This document shows positions 40,976-54,391 of a stretch of DNA of 64,000 nucleotides, piece after piece; position 1 is the stretch's first letter, and each line of letters opens with the position of its first letter. Under the pieces are notes generated by a model that saw nothing but the letters and a program-made list of their open reading frames with translations, had not been told where the DNA came from and ran no database searches. This stretch comes from Octopus sinensis. Its lineage: Eukaryota. The DNA lies in NCBI RefSeq assembly GCF_006345805.1, contig NC_043003.1, positions 99,448,001 to 99,512,000 on the forward strand, in the 5' to 3' direction. The position numbers were made by a program, and so were the translations under genes.

Positions 40976-41400
40976 AGTGAATGGAATAAATGGAGTTGAA
41001 CGAAGATTGTACAGAATACCTTTTATTACATTCTACACATGTTTCGAAGGCCACAAATTTTCAAATTCTGTTTAAATAAGGGTACCATATTGCGGCTTTC
41101 TCTTCAGGAAGAGAAAGCCGCAATATGGTACCCTTATTTAAACAGAATTTGAAAATTTGTGGCCTTCGAAACATGTGTAGAATGTAATAAAAGGTATTCT
41201 GTACAATCTTCGTTCAACTCCATTTATTCCATTCACTAATAATATTAAACTTCAATTATCCGCTCCAACGCACGGTTGCAACACCAAATGGTCTTATCTC
41301 CAACCGTGCTGTTTTCCGCTGTGATTTTTTCTACCCAGGTATCGGTTAAACCTTTGAATAATCTGTTACAAGAAAATTCATCTTTCTATTTCAACAAATA
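40968..41400 (+). mobile_element. PLE-type terminal-repeat insertion with a perfect 138-bp/2-nt/138-bp palindrome
   Basis: 40968-41105 is the exact reverse complement of 41108-41245; same family as 23705-23983; (TA)n on both sides. Confidence 0.92.
41031..41110 (-). ncRNA. Type I hammerhead ribozyme spanning the palindrome centre
   Basis: UUC-CUGAAGA-GAAAGCCGCAA..UUGUGGCCUUC-GAAA-CAUGUG-UA-GAA; stem II 10 of 11 bp, stem I 3 bp. Confidence 0.75.
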
Positions 41401-41403
41401 TAT

Positions 41404-41511
<108 letters not shown>

Positions 41512-41999
41512 TGTTAAACGCAGGTGTTATTCAATTTCTTTTACTTCCGACACATGTTTCGAAGTCAACATTGGTAAATCAAACTCATCAATAATACATT
41601 TTAAAAGAATGTGATGGATGTGTATAATGATGAAGGGAATGCTATTAAGTTTTTTTTTTAAAACGTTAGAAGATATAACGTCAAAGGTAGCCTATAGAAA
41701 GAGAAAGGATAAAGGAAAGAAATAAGCAGAAAACTAATAATGGGGAAATATAGAGCGATATGTAAATTAAAATAAAGGCTTGGAAATAGATACATCTAGT
41801 GGAAGTGAAATGTAAGAAGAAAATCAATGTTCAAATTATATAAAATGGTAGATATCACTTATATGGACTAAAGGTATGTTTCTGCCAATGTTTACATCGA
41901 TAAGCAAGCTCTATAAACGTGTTTACAAGGAGATTATTAGAAAATAGAATATACAATAGTTCACTATTGCATTTATTACTATCCCTAAATGTAGAATAA

Positions 42000-43159
42000 T
42001 TAGAAATTCTTTAATAGCTGAATTGGTCGGTACGTATATACTTTATGAAATGGCTGACCAGTTCCCAAGCATCAATGGAGGTCTCTATCGTGATGATTGC
42101 CTACTCCACCTTCAAAATGTTTCTAACTTAACAAAAAGTTAAGAATAGTTTAATTAAGTTTTTCCATGGAATGGGCTCAGGTATCGTTTTTGATGATGAT
42201 GTAACGAAAGCCAACTTTTTAGATATTACACTTAACTTACACAATAATTCGTACTTCCCATACAACAAACCATCAACCAATCTTATGTATATTAGAGCCA
42301 ATTCAGTAATTATTCTAGGGCAATCACTAAGAATTTAGTTTTAAATATTTCATTAAGATTGTCTAAGTTATCTGCTAATGTTGACATTTTCAACACGGCT
42401 GAATTTTATAACTCTGCCTTACTTAAAGCAGGTTATACAGAGAAAGTTACCTACATTAATTCCATTCAATCTCATTCTACTTTTACTAATGGAGACATGA
42501 AATCTAGTTGTAACGACGTGAACGTTTTTAATTTTAATTTAGACTCCAACATCAAACAGAGTAATGTTTTTTTTTGAAGCGTAAGTAAGATAACCGTTAT
42601 TTAAGAACCTCTTTTTCATTCTAAAGGTAAATCAATGTCTTTTAAAGATAGTTACACTAAAAATAAGGCAACTACTAGCAAAATTATTTGGTTGGTTATT
42701 CCTTATGGGTGGCAAATTAAATCTAATCTTCCTTTCCAGTTTCGTGAACCTGTTATTAAGAATTTCCCAAAGAATTCTAGGTATTACTCGATTATCAACT
42801 CGCACACGGTTAGGATTAGCTTTTCTAACACAAAAAATCTTTCACAAATTATCTCTTCACATAATATTAGTCTGTTAAATAAGAATCCAATTACTGAAAA
42901 TAATAACATTAATTTAGCTAATACTAGCCGTCCTCCTAGAAATATTAACAATGTTATTGTCTCTGAAGTCAATTCCAACGGAATTAAGCTTATGTGTAAT
43001 AATTCTAAGACTGAAACCTCTATATACCAGTATAAAATTACTTCCGGTACCGATGTCATTTTCTATATAGGTAGTTCTTCTCAGTTATCTAAAAGAATTT
43101 CTAATAATTTACATTTAGGGATAGTAATAAACGCAACATTACAGGGCCTAGTAAATTAA
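42000..43159 (+). pseudogene. Degenerate PLE RT C-terminal half and GIY-YIG start
   Basis: AELVGTYIL, GGLYRDDCLL, NFLDITLNL, YFPYNKP, RLSKLSAN..IFN..YNSALLKAGY, IYQYKI..FYIGSS..KRISN. Confidence 0.82.
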
Positions 43160-43650
43160 TTTGATATCTGAAAGTTCATAATATGCAATATAATTTAGAT
43201 AGGTTGATTCTCTCCATTTCATTCCCATACGATAAAGGCAAAGAATTCTGCCAACTCCGTAATTGTATATTCTATTTTCTAATAATCTCCTTGTAAACAC
43301 GTTTATAGAGCTTGCTTATCGATGTAAACATTGGCAGAAACATTCCTTTAGTCCATATAAGTGATATCTACCATTTTATATAATTTGAACATTGATTTTC
43401 TTCTTATATTTCACTTCCACTAGATGTATCTATTTCCAAGCCTTTATTTTAATTTACATATCCCTCTATATTTCTCCTTTATTAAATTTCTGCTTATTTC
43501 TTTCCTTTACCCCTTCTCTTTCTATAGGCTACCTTTGACGTTATATCTTCTAAGGTTTTTTTTTAAAAAAAACTTAATAGCATTCCCTTCATCATTATAC
43601 ATATCCATCGCATTCTGTTAAAATGTCTTATTGATGAGTTTGATTTCTTT

Positions 43651-43739
43651 CTTTCCCTGATGAGAAGATTACATTGTTTTAAACCATTTTATTCCTTTTG
43701 GAATAATACCAATGTTGTCTTCGAAACATATGTCAGAAG
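43651..43739 (+). ncRNA. Type I hammerhead ribozyme
   Basis: CUGAUGA at 43657-43663, stem II GAAGA/UCUUC plus ACAUUG/CAAUGU, GAAA, ACAUAUGU, GUC; stem I has a C-A mismatch at 1.1 where the inverted copy has G (GUC-GGAAG). Confidence 0.78.
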
Positions 43740-43952
43740 TAAAAGAATTTGAATAACACCTACGTTTAGCTCCATTTATTTATTTATATATATTATACAA
43801 AATATTCCGCATCAACCCGGAGTTTCTACCTTTACAAACAGGGTGTTACGTCATTATATGTGGGATTTTTGGCTGCTCTGGTAACTGTTTATTTATTTTT
43901 TCCGTGTTAATTGTAACCAAGGGAAAATACACACATCCATATATATATACAT

Positions 43953-43996
<44 letters not shown>

Positions 43997-44190
43997 ATAT
44001 ATAATATATATATATATAATATATATATATACATATGTATGTATGTATGTATGTTTGTATATATATGCATACATATATACTTATAACAGATAGAAAGGGC
44101 GGGAAAGAGAGAGAGAGAGAAAGAGAGAGAGAGTGAGAGAGAAATTTTAACAAATATCGTTTTAGCATAACGTTTAAGTGGATGAAAAGA

Positions 44191-44227
44191 GTCTTGACGT
44201 TTCAGACGCAATTCTTCATCAGAATAC
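44191..44227 (-). ncRNA. Minimal type I hammerhead ribozyme in a PLE-type terminal fragment (~44085-44400)
   Basis: GUAUU-CUGAUGA-AGA(AUUGCG)UCU-GAAA-CG-UC-AAGAC; core fully canonical, stem I 4 of 5 bp. Confidence 0.75.
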
Positions 44228-45100
44228 AAATATAGAACAAAAGTATAAGAAGAGACTGAAAGAGTAAACGTAGTTGAAGTGGGAAAAAACGGACAAGGGC
44301 TAAGTGGGAATGAGATTTTACGGGGGAGTTAGTGAATGGAGGGGGATTAAGACGAAAGGGAAATTAAGAAACACACATTTGTATAAATATATGTATTTAT
44401 AACTCATACCTACTCATACATATATGCATACGTATTTGTGTACGGATGTATGTATGTTTAGGCATACGTCAATGTATGAATACACATAATAATGTGTACA
44501 TTTGTCTACTCGCCATATGAAACAATAAGGAGATGCAAACATGAGAACAGTCACCCACAAATATAAAATCGAGCATACGTAGTATGCATGACATTTAGGA
44601 AATTATGACACCTCATTTCTTTTTCAAAAATCAATTGTTTTCTGATGCTAAAATGGAACTTCCTACTTTTGTATTAAACAAATGACTTGGGAGTTAAGCT
44701 TTATTCACATCATTGTTATTTATTTGTGAATTAAGTTGCAACACGGTGTGAAAACTTGTTTTAATCCTGTTCATGAGAACACAGTCTTTGTTTGATATTG
44801 ATAGCATTTGTTGCTGGTGGTGCTGTTGATAATTATGGCAGGTTAAATGAGAAAATAAATCAATAGAAATATGACTTAACTTCTATTAAATCGCCAATTT
44901 GACTGACTATGATCCAAATAATTTTGAAATTTATGCCTGTTAAAATATTTGGCATTAATTTATTTTCTGTTTCTTAGCTAGCAACTTAGCTACCATCCTA
45001 CCTACATATCTACCTATCTTCATTCCGACTTTTTATCTACGATTCTACATTCCTACATATATATCTATTTTCCTACCTAACTGCCTACCAAGCTACATTC

Positions 45101-45180
<80 letters not shown>

Positions 45181-45734
45181 TTATCTATCTATCTGTTTGT
45201 CGTTTTCTCTCTCTCTTTCTCTCTGCCTAGCCTAATAACCTACCTGCATAAAACCAACTCATCTGCCTATATACTTTACTCTCTATCTAATACTTACCTA
45301 CCTACCTACCTACCTACCTACCTACCTACCTACCTACCTACCTACTTACCTACCTACCTTTCTATGTACCTAATTATCTTTCCTACCTTTCTAACTACTT
45401 ACCTATTTTTCAATTCACCTACCTATCATAGTAGCTATCTCCCTTCATGTATACCTCCTTACCTATCTACATTCACATATTACTTGCTTCCATATCGAAC
45501 TGTCTAGCTACTTACTTTTCTACACATGGACCACCTTTCCGAAGTACCTACCTACCTACCTTTATTACCTACCTACCTACATACGTACGTACCTACTTAC
45601 GTACGTACGTACCTACCTACCTACCTACCTACCTACCTACTTACCTACCCACCCTCCATACGTACCTGCGTTCATACACACTAACATTTCTTACCTGATG
45701 ACAAAATTACCTAATAATAATGCTTTCTAGTTTT

Positions 45735-45880
45735 TGGCACATGGCCAGCAAATTCGGAGGAGGGATAGATCGATTACATCGGCCCCAGCGTCCAACTGGT
45801 ACTTATCTTATCGATCCCAAAAGGATGAAAGGTTAAGTCGACTTTGGAGGAATTTAAACTCAACGTAAAATTACCAAATC
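45735..45880 (-). mobile_element. SINE family B, 3' part
   Basis: GATCGATTACATCG..CAACTGGTACTT..AAAGGATGAAAGG. Confidence 0.8.
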
Positions 45881-46029
45881 ATAACAACTTCATCGCCCAA
45901 GAAAATTTCACTCTATTCTTAAACGAAAGTCGTAGAAGGTTCTACAATGTACAGTTAAGACGCAGTTTTGGCAAGTTGATTACGCCGAGCAGATTTCGAT
46001 TCCTCTTGGAAGACCATCCATTTCAGTTA

Positions 46030-46535
<506 letters not shown>

Positions 46536-47309
46536 TATAATGCAATTAATTATGGCAACCTGTATATTATATCTAGTTTTAAATTTCAATTCTTACAATG
46601 TTGTAAGAAGCACTTTTTTATGTTGTTGTTCAGCCCCAAGTCAGTCTTAGTCAAGCAGATCTATGCTCAAGACTATATCGGGCGTCATCGCTCTGATCGC
46701 ATTCAATGAGCTGTTGACTTAAGACGTTATTTCTAGCAAAACGAGTGACTATATGGAGGATTTCTTGTTGGCTCCGAGAAATAAGTACGAGTTCATTAAT
46801 GTACAGACGTGGTTACACTCAACTTACATCGCACTCCATGCCATTCTTAGTCTCTTCTCTATCGATCTCTTTCTCACACACATACACACAACGTATACCC
46901 AAGCTCCACAATCTCTGACTCTTTCTCTTTCTCTTTCTTTCTCTCAAGATTATGTTGCATTGCTACTTTATCTACAAGCTTTATTGGCATAAATCAGTCC
47001 TTCTCAAACATTTTTCAATTCCCACCGCTTTACTTTTACTAACACATTTTTACGGTCTTTTCTTTTATTAACACTTTTTCTACGATTCAACTTCTATGTT
47101 TTTAATGTATATACGCGTAATATTAGACCAGAGTAATTTAGTTCTGGGTACTAGTTTTATGTGCGTGACTACTTACGCGTTAAATAAGAACCACTTCTGT
47201 TATGTTTGTGCTTCTCAAAGAGAGACTGTGTATAATTTTATATGAGTACTGGAGACGAAGGGCGTTGTGTGGGGCGGCTAATGTATCTAATATTTTTAGA
47301 CTTTGTTTT

Positions 47310-47505
47310 TTGAGCTGGCAGAATCGTTAGCACACCGGGCATTTCGTCTGTCTTCACGTGCTGAATTCAAATTCCGCTGAGGTCGGCTTTGCTTTTCATC
47401 CTTTCGGGATCGATAAAATAAGTACCAGTTTAATACTGGAGTCGATGTAATTGACTTACTTCTCTTCGAAAATGCTGGCCCTGTGCCAATATTGAAATCA
47501 ATATT
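47310..47505 (+). mobile_element. SINE family B
   Basis: GAGCTGGCAGAATCGTTAGCAC..CATCCTTTCGGGATCGATAAAATAAGTACCAG. Confidence 0.85.
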
Positions 47506-48344
47506 AAAAACTTTTGATGTAATATTATGATAAAGTGCTCGCTAGCTACAATCACAACAACGACGACAAAAGCAATGACAGGAATCATAAATCGGAATAT
47601 AAGGATAGATTTCTATTGATTGCTAGTGAGGATGGGCTTCTAAACTGGGAATCGCAGTAGAATTGTCCATTGTCCGAAACTTGGCAAAGACCTAGCTACA
47701 ACGTTACCATCTTAGCGGAGACCAGAGCAGAATGTTTGCAACTGAGTGCAATAAGCTTAGCTCAGCCCACAGAAAAGGCCTGGTGTTAAGCTGAGTGATC
47801 AATGGACTCAACAATGCAGCCTTCAACCATGAAACAGCGGAGTATGGGTTTCAGGCTCTCAAGCTGCAGGTAGCAAGTAACAAGATTATTCAGAGCAACT
47901 GGTCTTTGGTTTGTATCATTGTAGTTGCTGGTCTATAAACCAATACTTATCACCTGTTTTATTCAGGAATGAAACACTGAAGACTATATTATCCAATGTA
48001 GAGTTTGTTGATTTAGCTGATATTTCTAGCAGCCTGTGTGACATCTTAAGCGCTGCTTTATATCATGGAGATACTACTTTTATTTCATTTAGATTCATGT
48101 AATTTTAACAGGTGCGCGCACACAGATAACTACAGCAAAAATCACCCACAAACACAATAATACATACACATGTATCAATGTATGAATGTGTGTGTGTGTG
48201 CGTGCGCGCGCGCGTGGTATGTGTTCACGACTGTTCATATATGACAAAGAAGTTACTAAGTGTGTGTTGGTGTCGAAATATTCAAGGTGGAAGCTGTAAA
48301 TTCAATTAGCGCTTGAATCCTCTTCAGTTGACACTGTTAGCAAC

Positions 48345-48371
48345 TGACGTCACAACAGAGCAATGACGTCA
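48345..48371. promoter_or_regulatory. Two perfect CRE palindromes (TGACGTCA)
   Basis: At 48345-48352 and 48364-48371; motif match only. Confidence 0.3.
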
Positions 48372-48849
48372 CAGCGCCATAACAACGACGTGTTTCTATT
48401 TAGAATTCCGTTTTTATTTAATAACGTCTGCTTACATCACTTATATTAAAGTTCCTGGATAGATCAAGTATAAAATTTTTTTCACTTTTCTTTGTTTCAT
48501 ACTATATGTGTATATTATATACTGCGTGTGTGTGTATGTATGTATGTATGTATGTATGTATTATGTATGTATGTATGTATGTATGTATGTATGTATGTAT
48601 GCATGCATATTTGCAAGTAAAGATGTTTATGCATATATATTTATACTTATTTATATTATGTATGTTTGAATGTATATACGTCATATATCCATATATAAAA
48701 TTTTGCATATACAAGTATACATATGTAAATGAACTTGAATACTCATGTCTACTGATTATTATAAGTAATTAAATGAATAAATTACATAAATATGCATACA
48801 TATGAATGTACACACATGTACTATACATATGCACACATACACACGCACT

Positions 48850-49663
48850 CATATATACATTTATGAAATTGTGTTGCAAGATTCCTGATGTGAAGTTGTG
48901 TTGAAACAGATATTGTTGTATTTCGGGACGGTCATTTTTCTTTGCCAAATAAACACACGCGATATATATTCGTTCTTCACTCGTTCTTATTTTAATTCAT
49001 GTCCATAGTTCGGAAATCTTTCGTCACACATCTGTGACCTTTTCAGTGACACATTCCGTCCTCGTGTATGTGCTCCTGCTCCGCTTAGTCCATTTTGTTC
49101 TTCTATGATGTGTATCCTGATATGCGCATGCGTTCGCGCGTGCGTATACTTACGCATGCCTATGTGTTTCGCATGTGTGCTTATGTGTATATATGGGCCG
49201 ATGCCCTTTATACTGTTGTCATTGTTATCGTCTCTGTTCTTATTAGCTCTAGAACGAAGAGCTACTAAGAACAAAGACGATAACAATGACAATAGTATAA
49301 AGGGCATAAGCCATATATGCGGATAAGCACACATGAGAAACACATAGGCATGCGTAAGCACACACACCACACACACACACACACGCACACACACACACAC
49401 AAACAAGCACACACACATACAAATACAGTTGCAAATACATGCGCATGTGAAGATACACATCATAGAATAAAAGAATGGACTAAGCAGAGCAGGAGCACGA
49501 CGACGGAAAGTGTCTCTGAAGAGGTCACAGATGTGTGACGAAAGATTTCCGAACAATGGACATGAGTGAAAATAAGAACAGTAATAAACGGGGGAAGAGC
49601 GAATATATAGTGCGAGTGTTTATTTGGCAAAAAAAAAAAATGACCGTTCTGAAATACAACAAT
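48850..49663. mobile_element. Old fold-back insertion, long arm plus short arm, with hammerhead-like cores
   Basis: 48912-49250 and 49258-49663 are diverged inverted copies; each has CTGAARA-G-GTCACA(GATG)TGTGAC-GAAA. Confidence 0.8.
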
Positions 49664-49702
49664 GTATGTGTGCGTGCGTGCGTGTGTATGCGCCTGCATA
49701 CA

Positions 49703-50450
49703 TACGAGGGTAAGCCATTATACTCACTCTTGTTTCTGTAATTTATTAAAACAAAAGCAGGTGTTGAACAATTACATCATTTTCAGCATAGTCCCCTTGC
49801 TTTTCGATGCAATTATTCCAGCGGTCCACAAGCTTGCTTCTCCCATCAGAAAAGAAAGTTTTCTGCTGGTCGCACAGCCATTTATGCGCCACTCCTGACA
49901 CTTCTTCAACCGTAGCCAATCAATGACCTCGTAAAGGATGTCTGAGCAGTCCACAGATGTGATAGATGGAAGGGGCGGGATCTGAACTGGATGTAGGGTG
50001 TTCCTGTAACTTGAAACCCTATTTTCCGATGGTTTCAAAGGTTTGGGTGACCGTATGTGGGCGTCCATGATCGTGAAACAAAAGCACTTGCTCTGACGTT
50101 TGACAGCAGCGTTTCATGCGATTTGCTGTTTTCAGTTTGTTCCAGTATTTTCACCGTAGCCTACACTGGTAATCGTAGACCCCTTTTCGAAGTAATGTTC
50201 AAGTATGGGCTCTTTTGCGTCTCGGAACGGTTAGTCTTGAATTTCTTTTTCGTTGGATATTGCTGGTGTTGCTGCTCCATAAGGTTTTCTTTTTTTTTAA
50301 TTAATTAATGCAGGTCATTCAAATTGTACATGTTGGTAAAGTGCATGTTCTTCTATGCAAAGGTACAATTCAACATAAACTCAATCACAAGCGATGCATT
50401 TGCACCATCTTTGATCCTAACTCTTGAACGATGTTTGAAAATCATTCGGA
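49703..50450 (-). mobile_element. mariner-family transposon, internally deleted
   Basis: TA-CGAGGG terminus; LLFHDHGRPHT, HPTSSSDPAPSIYH, KLVDRWNNCIEKQGDYAEN. Confidence 0.8.
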
Positions 50451-50489
50451 TAAGCACCGTCGTACCCACATCTTCACAACCACTTTCAT

Positions 50490-50745
50490 TTCGTGACACC
50501 CTTGGACAAGTGTCTTCTACTATACCTCGGGCCGACCAAAGCCTTGTGATTGGATTTGGCAGACGGAAACTAAAAGAAACCCGTCGTATATATATATGTG
50601 TGTGTGCGTGTATGTGTGTGTGTGTCTTTGTGCGTGTTTGTGTGCCTGTGTTTGTCCCCCACCACCCGCTTGACAACCGTTATTGGTGTGTTTACGTCCT
50701 CGTAACTTAGCGGTTCAGCAAGATAGATCGATAGAATATGTATCA
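50490..50745 (+). mobile_element. SINE family A, central part
   Basis: CCTTGGACAAGTGTCTTCTAC..GATAGAATA. Confidence 0.85.
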
Positions 50746-50829
50746 GACTTTACAAATAATAATATAATATAATAATAATAATAATAATAAAATAATAATA
50801 ATAATAATTATAATAATATAATAATAATA

Positions 50830-50870
<41 letters not shown>

Positions 50871-50879
50871 TAATAATAA

Positions 50880-52190
50880 TGAAATAAAAGAATTAGACCA
50901 AAGCCAAACTTACAAATACTTAGGACACTAAATGAACTGACCAAAATAGATAGGAAAACAAGAAAAATAATGACAGGATCTAGGATGCATCACCCAAAAT
51001 CTGACATAGAAAGACTATATATACAACATATAGAAGGTGGTAGAGGCTTTATACAGCTGGAAAACTACTATAAAATACCCACCATAGGACTGCAAAAATA
51101 TCTACTTCAGAAGGAAGGAAAACTGATACAAATAGCGGCAAAACACGAGCAAAACAAAAAGCTGTTCTCAGTATTTAAGGAAGCTGACAAATACAAACAA
51201 GAAATCATACCACCTAACAAATATGAAGAAGAAGAAGAAGAAGAAGAAGAAGAAGAAGAAGAAGAAGAAGAAGAAGAAGAAGAAGAAGAAGAAGAAGAAG
51301 AAGAAGAAGAAGAAGAAGAAGAAGAAACAACAAAAGCTATAAAACAAATGAAATCCAAACTAAAACTAGAACAGCAAAGAACCATGATAAAACGATGGCA
51401 AGAAAAGCTCCTTCATGGTAAATATTGGAATAAACTAAATGCAAAAGAAATAGCCAGAGAAAAATACCAGCAATGCTTGCGAAGCAGACTCAAAGCAGAG
51501 ACGTAGGGATTTTTAATTGCAGCACAAGACCAAAGCCTTGCCACCAGAAATTACCAAAAACATATGATGAAAAGATACATAACCCTTCATGGTAAATACT
51601 GGACTAAACTAAATGCAAAAGAAATAGACAAAGAAAAATCCCAGCAATGGTTGAGAAGCCCAGGACTCAAAGCAGAGACAGAGGGATTTTTAATTGCAGC
51701 ACAATACTAAAGCCTCCCCACCAGAAATTACCAAAAACATGTAATGAAAAGAAATATAACAAGTAACTGCATATGTGGAGATGGACAAGAAACAATAAAT
51801 CATATTATCTCTGGCTGCCCAGTCCTGGCTAAGAAGGAATATATTCACAGACATGACAGAGTTGGGACCTACATACACTGGAAGCTATGCCAACATTATG
51901 GAATAACAACAGAAAAAAGATGGTATAGGCACACACCAGAAAGGGTCACAGAAAACGAGAAAGCAACCATACTCTGGAATATGCCAATACACACAGATAG
52001 AGAAATTAAGGCCAACAGACCAGATATAGTTGTCAGAGATCATGAAGGAAAAAAATGCTTTCCAGAATGTGGAAACTAAAAACAGAAACAATCCCTATCA
52101 TAGTAGGTGCATTAGGCATGATAAAAAAATATTCAGACAAATGCATAACAAAAACACCAGGACTTACAAACACATATAACATACAGAAAC
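50880..52190 (+). mobile_element. R4/Dong-like LINE 3' part: post-RT region, CCHC knuckle, restriction-like endonuclease
   Basis: HHPKSDIERLY..GGRG, WQEKLLHGKY, ETEGFLIAAQ, C..ETINHIISGC, HRHDRVG..IHW, ANRPDIVVRD; begins right after (AAT)n. Confidence 0.9.
51223..51325 (+). repeat. (GAA)n tract inside the LINE frame
   Basis: Reads as the poly-Glu run in ORF 50970-51506. Confidence 0.95.
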
Positions 52191-52481
52191 TACATTGTAT
52201 TATATTACAGATCCACTAGGTATTAATCTGTTTCGCACCGGAGTTGAGGTAATCCGACGATATCTGGTAAGTGTACTAATCACAGATTGCAGTTATGGGG
52301 TGAATGGCCATGTTCCCGCTATTTTATCTCATATCCAGTGTGAAACCGATTGGTAAGACTGCGTGCATTGTAACTATAATGCAATATATTTTGATTAATA
52401 TACCCACACTTTTGACCAATATTACGAGTACCTAATTTTGCTGAATTACGGATTAATACATGGCTATACATTCATACATAT

Positions 52482-52542
<61 letters not shown>

Positions 52543-52603
52543 GCTCTTTATCTCTCTTTATTGGCTTTATATGTGTGTGTGTGCGTGTGTGTATTTGCAG
52601 TAC

Positions 52604-52691
<88 letters not shown>

Positions 52692-53033
52692 TGTGTGTGT
52701 GGTGTGTGTGTGCGTGTGTGTGTGAATTTAACAATCCATTATCATTTCTTAAGTTTGAAGTCGTTTATATAATAGAAATGCCTCTTCACAACTAACATTT
52801 CCTTTGAGAGCTGCAAAAGGAAACAACTACAATAACAACACCAAAACACAACAAAAAAAAAAAAGAACACAACAGCATTTCGCACTATCGTCATGCTAAA
52901 CACGAAAAAAGAGGAAAGGAAGAAAAGAAACGATTTTTTTTCACCTAAAGTCGTGTTTCTCTCTTCATCATCTTCATCATCAGCATCATATATATATATA
53001 TATATTATATATAATATATATATATATATATAG

Positions 53034-53064
<31 letters not shown>

Positions 53065-53090
53065 ATATATAATATATATATATATATATC

Positions 53091-53191
<101 letters not shown>

Positions 53192-53203
53192 ATATATATA
53201 TTA

Positions 53204-53356
53204 GGCGCAGGAGTGGCTGTGTGGTAAGTAGCTTGCTTACCAACCACATGGTTCCGGGTTCATTTGGGCAACTGTCTTCTACTATAGCCTCGGGCTGACC
53301 AAAGCTTATGAGTGGATTTGGTAGACAGAAACTGAAAGAAGCCCGTCGTATATATG

Positions 53357-53412
<56 letters not shown>

Positions 53413-53626
53413 GTATTTGTTTGTCGTTTGTTTTGTCTCCTGCATTGCTTGACAACCGATGCTGGTGTGTTTATGTCCCCGTCACTTAGCGGTTCGGCAA
53501 AAGAGACCGATAGAATAAGTACTGGGCTTACAAAGAATAAGTCCCAGGGTCGAGTTGCTCGATTAAAGGCGGTGCTCCAGCATGGCCGCAGTCAAATGAC
53601 TGAAACAAGTAAAAGAGTAAAAGAGT
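53204..53626 (+). mobile_element. SINE family A, full length
   Basis: GGCGCAGGAGTGGCTGTGTGGTAAG through GTAAAAGAGTAAAAGAG. Confidence 0.93.
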
Positions 53627-53637
53627 ATATATATATA

Positions 53638-53677
<40 letters not shown>

Positions 53678-54137
53678 CATATACACATACATACATACAT
53701 ACATACATACATACATACATACATACATACATACATACAGTGTCACTGATACACAGAAGATCAAACGAAATAAACTATGGTGAAAGTGACACTCCTCTAT
53801 TGAAACTTCATCTTGAAACCATTCTACAACAAAAACCACGACTAACAGACATCCATATAGAATATAACGACACCAGCAATTGTGGTAAATATACGACAAA
53901 TGCTTTTATATTAATGGAAAAGTGACTATCCCGATAGGTATAAACATGTCGTCATTAAGATATTACTTTGTTGTCTACAAGTGATGTCCTCAGCCATGAA
54001 CTGCGTCATATTAATAGATATTGCAATATACTTACACATCTGCATACACACACGCACACATTTGCACACACGCGTGCCCATTTGCTAATACACCAAGGGG
54101 CAGAGAGACATTGGCAGAAACTACCACAGTATGTTTC

Positions 54138-54200
<63 letters not shown>

Positions 54201-54356
54201 AGAAAGTATGGCTGGTGATTACACGTGGTTGAATATACAAGGTAAATAAGATGTAAAAACACGGAAGATATGTTTTACGAGACTAAAGCATATAATTAAA
54301 TCGTCATGGCAAAGTATTATACAATATTATACAAAATAAGATTTTTTTCCTCGGCT

Positions 54357-54391
54357 AAAATGACCGGTTTCGCTGAAGTATTTCAAATGTT
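54357..54391 (-). ncRNA. Decayed hammerhead motif (U3-A8 type)
   Basis: AACAU-UUGAAAU-ACUUCAGC-GAAA-CCGG-UC-AUUUU; A9 and stem II damaged. Confidence 0.4.

Noticed and set aside
48268-48333. CTGAAGA followed by a hairpin on the minus strand
   Set aside because: No GAAA after the stem; only an imperfect hairpin.
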